NCBI GenBank assembly: GCA_020430775.1
Contig: JAGQJE010000038.1
Location: 280-64,279, forward strand
Direction: 5' to 3'
Origin: Myxococcales bacterium
GTDB lineage: Bacteria > Myxococcota_A > Polyangia > Polyangiales > Houyiibacteriaceae
Length of the DNA stretch: 64,000 nt
How positions within the stretch are numbered: the stretch's first letter is position 1; every line of letters starts with the position of its first letter. Below, in pieces: positions 58,544 to 64,000 of the stretch. Below the pieces are notes generated by a model that saw only the letters and a program-made list of their open reading frames with translations, did not search any database and was not told the DNA's origin. The position numbers and the translations under genes are program-made.

Positions 58544-59698
58544 TCACGCGTTCGCCGCGAGCGCATCGCGGGTGGGCGCGTGGCGGACCTCGCCCTGGTG
58601 GGTGAGCACGGCGCCCGCGGTGATCTCGTCGTCGAAGTCGAGCTTCAGCTCGGCCTTCGGCGCGAGGTGCAGGAGCAGCGTCTGGAGGTTGCGAGCGTAC
58701 AAGAGGCTCGCGTCGGCGGGCAGGGTGGCGGCGAGGTTCGGGTGGCCGATGATCTTGACGCCCTCGGCGACGACGTCCTCATCGAGCACCGACAGCTCGC
58801 AGTTGCCGCCCTGTTCGACGGCCATGTCGACGATGACCGCCCCAGCGCGCATCTCGCGGACCATGTCCGCGGTGACGAGCTTCGGCGCCGGGCGCCCAGG
58901 CACGAGCGCCGTCGTGATCACGGCGTCGGCGCGCACGACGCGCTCCCGGACGACGGCCTGCTGTTGGGCGAGCTGCTCCTTCGTGAGCTCCTTGGCGTAG
59001 CCGCCCTCGCCCTCGCCGGCGACCTCGAACTCGATGAAGCGCCCGCCGAGGGACTCCACCTGCTCCTTGACCGAGGGCCGGATGTCGCTGACCTCGACGA
59101 CGGCGCCGAGGCGCTTCGCGGTCGCGATCGCCTGCAGCCCCGCGACGCCGGCACCCATCACGACCACGCGCGCGGGCTGGATGGTCCCGGCGGCGGTCAT
59201 CAGCAGCGGGAAGTACTTGTCGAGGTGCACGGCGGCGAGGAGCGCCGCCTTGTACCCGGCGATCGACGCCTGCGAGCTGAGGGCGTCCATGCTCTGGGCG
59301 CGGCTGATGCGGGGGACGAGCTCCATCGCGACCATCGTGACCTTGCGGTCACGGAGGATGCGGACCGCGTCGGCGCTCTTGTGCGGCGCGGCGAAGCCGA
59401 TGAGCACCGCGCCTTCTCTGAGCGCCTCGGCCTCGTGCCCGCCGAGCGCATCGTTTGGGCCCACCGGCGCGACCTTCAAGACGATATCGGCGCTGTCGAA
59501 CGCGTCGCGGAGCCCCTCGGTCGGCACCACCTCGGCGCCCGCCGCCTGGAACGCGGCGTCCGAGATGTGCGCGCCGTCGCCGGCGCCCGCTTCGACGCGG
59601 ACGGTGAACCCTTCTTTGGCGAGCCGCTTGACCGCGTCCGGGGTGAGCGCGACGCGGGTCTCACCTTTGCTGCGCTCTTTGGGGACGAACACCTTCAT
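58544..59698 (-). CDS. pntAA: NAD(P) transhydrogenase subunit alpha part 1 (dI)
   Basis: MKVFVPKERSKGETRVALTP... and Rossmann motif VVVMGAGVAGLQAIATAKRLGA. Start ATG 59698. Confidence 0.9.
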   Translation of the reverse strand: MKVFVPKERSKGETRVALTPDAVKRLAKEGFTVRVEAGAGDGAHISDAAFQAAGAEVVPTEGLRDAFDSADIVLKVAPVGPNDALGGHEAEALREGAVLIGFAAPHKSADAVRILRDRKVTMVAMELVPRISRAQSMDALSSQASIAGYKAALLAAVHLDKYFPLLMTAAGTIQPARVVVMGAGVAGLQAIATAKRLGAVVEVSDIRPSVKEQVESLGGRFIEFEVAGEGEGGYAKELTKEQLAQQQAVVRERVVRADAVITTALVPGRPAPKLVTADMVREMRAGAVIVDMAVEQGGNCELSVLDEDVVAEGVKIIGHPNLAATLPADASLLYARNLQTLLLHLAPKAELKLDFDDEITAGAVLTHQGEVRHAPTRDALAANA

Positions 59699-59968
59699 CG
59701 GGGCCTCCTGCCTCGGCGGAAAACGTGTCGGGCATCGAGCGGCGCGCGGCATCGCGGACCGTGCCGGGCCTCAAATCGCGCCGCGCAATGGTGGGCTGCA
59801 AGTCGCCAAGGAGCAACGATCTCGCGCCTGACGAGCGTCGAACGGGCGTGACATAGCGTCAAGCGAGCCGCCCGTCCACCCGCCGCGCGGCCCGCCGCGG
59901 GCTGCGTTGACGCCTCCACGCGCGGGCTGCTAGTACGCGCGCAACTCTTGTACAGGAGCAGACGGCGG

Positions 59969-61969
<2,001 letters not shown>

Positions 61970-61983
61970 GCCGGCGCGCCGCC

Positions 61984-62147
61984 GGGAGCAGGCGCGGGAG
62001 TCGGGATCGGGCACGGGATCGGGGCCGGGATCGGGCATCGGGATCGGGATCGGGCATCGGGATCGGGGCCGGGAGCGGGGTCGGGGTCGGGAGCGGGTGC
62101 GGGTGCGGGGGTACTCTCGGCGGGGGGGCGCGGGCGGGACGGCGGGC
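61984..62147 (+). repeat. G-tract array: about 19 GGG(G) runs with 3-nt spacers, then further G-runs
   Basis: gggagtcgggatcgggcacgggatcggggccgggatcgggcatcgggatcgggatcgggcatcgggatcggggccgggagcggggtcggggtcgggagcgggtgcgggtgcggggg. Starts 15 nt after the tkt stop. Confidence 0.9.
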
Positions 62148-62304
62148 TCTATCCACAGAACTCGCACAGTATCACACAGGATATTTTCGCGATTTCGTGT
62201 GATGTTACAGTAGCTTGTAGCATGTATCCACAGCCTGCACACAGGTCGTGCCCATGCTGTGCACGGTCGCTGCGCACGAAGCCACGGGCCGGCGCGATTT
62301 CGGC

Positions 62305-62333
62305 TTGCACGACGTATTGAAAGTCATTATCAA
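62305..62333 (+). promoter_or_regulatory. Candidate feoA promoter placing the transcription start at or next to the ATG (leaderless-type)
   Basis: TTGCAC (62305-10), 17-nt spacer, TATCAA (62328-33), then 6 nt to ATG 62340. No Shine-Dalgarno sequence upstream. Confidence 0.35.
62313..62331. promoter_or_regulatory. Fur-box-like site overlapping the candidate feoA promoter
   Basis: CGTATTGAAAGTCATTATC matches the E. coli Fur consensus GATAATGATAATCATTATC at 14 of 19 positions. The last 8 positions are perfect. Confidence 0.4.
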
Positions 62334-62339
62334 GTCGCC

Positions 62340-62588
62340 ATGGCGCTGCCCGATCCGTGTCGAGGCCTCGACCGCGTGCCCATCGGCTCGCGGGCCATCG
62401 TCAGCGAGGTCCGCTGCGAGCGGTCGACGGCGCGCCGCTTGATGGAGCTGGGCCTGCTGCCGGGCACCGCCGTGCGGGTGGTGCGGGTCGCGCCGATGGG
62501 CTGCCCCATCGAGCTGCGGGTGCGTGACTTCTCGCTCTCGATTCGTCGCGCAGAGGCGGCTCGGGTGACCGTCGACCAGGTAGGCTGA
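62340..62588 (+). CDS. feoA: Ferrous iron transport protein A (FeoA)
   Basis: 82 aa SH3-like FeoA pattern: GSRAIVSEV......RRLMELGLLPGTAVRVVRVAPMGCPIELRVRDFSLSIRRAEAARVTV. Confidence 0.85.
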   Translation: MALPDPCRGLDRVPIGSRAIVSEVRCERSTARRLMELGLLPGTAVRVVRVAPMGCPIELRVRDFSLSIRRAEAARVTVDQVG

Positions 62589-62589
62589 G

Positions 62590-64000
62590 TTGGCCTCGCC
62601 GGCGCGCGCTCTCTCCACCGCACCGGTCCGGCGGCGGGTGCACCTCGCCGGCAACCCGAACGCCGGCAAGAGCACCCTCTTCAACCGCCTGACCGGGCTG
62701 AAGGCGCGCGTCGGGAACTACCCGGGGATCACGGTCGAGCGCAAGGCCGGACCCGTGCGTTGCGCGCCGGGGCTCGACGTCGAGCTGGTCGACGTCCCCG
62801 GGACCTACAGCCTGAGCGCGCGCTCGCCCGAAGAGCAGATCGCCGTCTCGACGGTCCTCGGCGAGGTCGATGGCCTGCCCGACGCGGTGGTCGTCGTCAT
62901 CGACGCGACCGCGCTGACGCGCAACCTCTACCTCGCCTTGCAGATCATGGAGACGGGCCTGCCGACGGTGCTCGCGCTCAATATGATGGACCGCGCGCGT
63001 GCGGAGGGGCTCGCCATCGACGCCAGCGCGCTGAGCGACGCGCTCGGCACGCCCGTCGTCCCGATCAGCGCGTCCCGCGGCGAGGGGCTCGACGCCCTGC
63101 GCGAGGCGCTCTCCGAGCGCCTCCGTGCCGGCGACGCCATGACCGGCGCAGCGGCCGATGTACGCACGGAGACGAGCGCCGACGGCGCGAACGCTGCCAG
63201 TGCTGCCGGTGGTGCGCCGCTCGCGAGCGCGGCCACCTGCCCCCGTGTCGCATACGGCGACGCGGTCGAGGACGCGATCGACGCGGTGCTGCCCGCCATC
63301 GCCGAGTGGCGACCCGACGCGAGCGGGCCTGCCGTCCGCGCCTGGGCGCTCTGGGCGCTGCTCTCGCTCGGCGACGACGAGCTGCGCGGCGTGCCCGACG
63401 CCGTGCGTGAGCGGGTCTCGGCGGCGCACGCTCGCGCGGCGGGCCGCGGGGAGGATCTCGACCGCGCGATCATCGCCGCCCGCTACGCCCTGCTCGACCG
63501 CATCACCGAGGCGGTCGTCAGGCGCCCCGAGGCGGAGCGCCGCTCGTTCACCGATCGACTCGACGCAGTCCTCACGCACCGCGTGCTCGGGCTGCTCGTC
63601 TTCGCCGTGGTGATGTACATCGTCTTCGAGGCCCTCTTTACGTGGTCGGCCCCGCTGATGGACGGCATCGGCGACGCGGTGAGCTGGACGCAGGACGCGA
63701 TCAAGACGGGCATGGCGCCGGGCGCGCTCCAGGCGCTCCTCGCCGACGGCGTGGTCGCGGGCGTCGGCAACGTGGTCACATTCGTCCCGCAGATCGCGTT
63801 CTTGTTCTTGCTGCTCGGCTTCCTCGAGGACTCGGGCTACCTCGCGCGCGTCGCGTTCGTCATCGACAAGGCGATGTCCAAGGCGGGGCTGCACGGCCGG
63901 GCCTTCATCCCGCTGATGGGCGGCTACGCCTGCGCCGTGCCCGCCGTGATGTCGACGCGCACCATCGAAAGCCGCCGCGACCGGCTCGCGACGATGCTCG
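62590..64000 (+). CDS. feoB: Ferrous iron transporter FeoB (partial, runs off the window end)
   Basis: Not in the ORF track because it has no stop in the window. Frame from TTG 62590 (alternative GTG 62638) reads VHLAGNPNAGKSTLFNRLTGLKARVGNYPGITVERK...DVPGTYSL (G1-G3 GTPase motifs), followed by membrane-domain sequence. Confidence 0.85.
   Translation, partial: MASPARALSTAPVRRRVHLAGNPNAGKSTLFNRLTGLKARVGNYPGITVERKAGPVRCAPGLDVELVDVPGTYSLSARSPEEQIAVSTVLGEVDGLPDAVVVVIDATALTRNLYLALQIMETGLPTVLALNMMDRARAEGLAIDASALSDALGTPVVPISASRGEGLDALREALSERLRAGDAMTGAAADVRTETSADGANAASAAGGAPLASAATCPRVAYGDAVEDAIDAVLPAIAEWRPDASGPAVRAWALWALLSLGDDELRGVPDAVRERVSAAHARAAGRGEDLDRAIIAARYALLDRITEAVVRRPEAERRSFTDRLDAVLTHRVLGLLVFAVVMYIVFEALFTWSAPLMDGIGDAVSWTQDAIKTGMAPGALQALLADGVVAGVGNVVTFVPQIAFLFLLLGFLEDSGYLARVAFVIDKAMSKAGLHGRAFIPLMGGYACAVPAVMSTRTIESRRDRLATML

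Overview
High-GC (~70%) bacterial chromosomal window. The gene set and signals point to a myxobacterium, which is an inference only: CarD/CdnL, a perfect sigma-54 promoter, a Myxococcus-type LexA box at recA, and many lipoprotein signals. I call about 56 CDS. Most are housekeeping genes: kup, purS/purC, glmS, cinA-recA, carD, hisIE, prs-rplY-pth, rpsF-rpsR-rplI-dnaB, pntAA-pntAB-pntB, tkt and feoAB. Small accessory blocks sit between them: a tandem-cNMP-domain protein next to a patatin lipase, YdeP/FdhD, two glycan-synthesis clusters, an OMF-MFP-RND efflux operon, and an M16 peptidase pair. No rRNA, tRNA, CRISPR array, transposase or integrase was seen. The best candidate for something new is a compact five-ORF operon at 42569-46039 between carD and hisIE. 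Its gene order, sizes and predicted architectures parallel the Yersinia lcrGVH-yopBD tip/chaperone/translocon operon, yet no injectisome genes lie anywhere in the 64 kb. Other points worth a second look: (1) G-rich hexanucleotide-period arrays at three loci (four tracts: 1-49, 169-264, 32838-32940, 61984-62147), each next to a lower-GC hairpin-rich segment, one of them an in-frame 339-bp insertion inside a glycosyltransferase gene. (2) A ~45-bp direct repeat bracketing the RND operon. (3) A perfect sigma-54 promoter plus intrinsic terminator delimiting a ~170-nt non-coding transcript. (4) A Fur-box and leaderless-type promoter arrangement at feoA. All functional calls come from motif recognition by eye on the supplied translations; no database searches were run. 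CDS starts were moved off the ORF-track starts wherever the upstream part was clearly off-frame or repeat translation.
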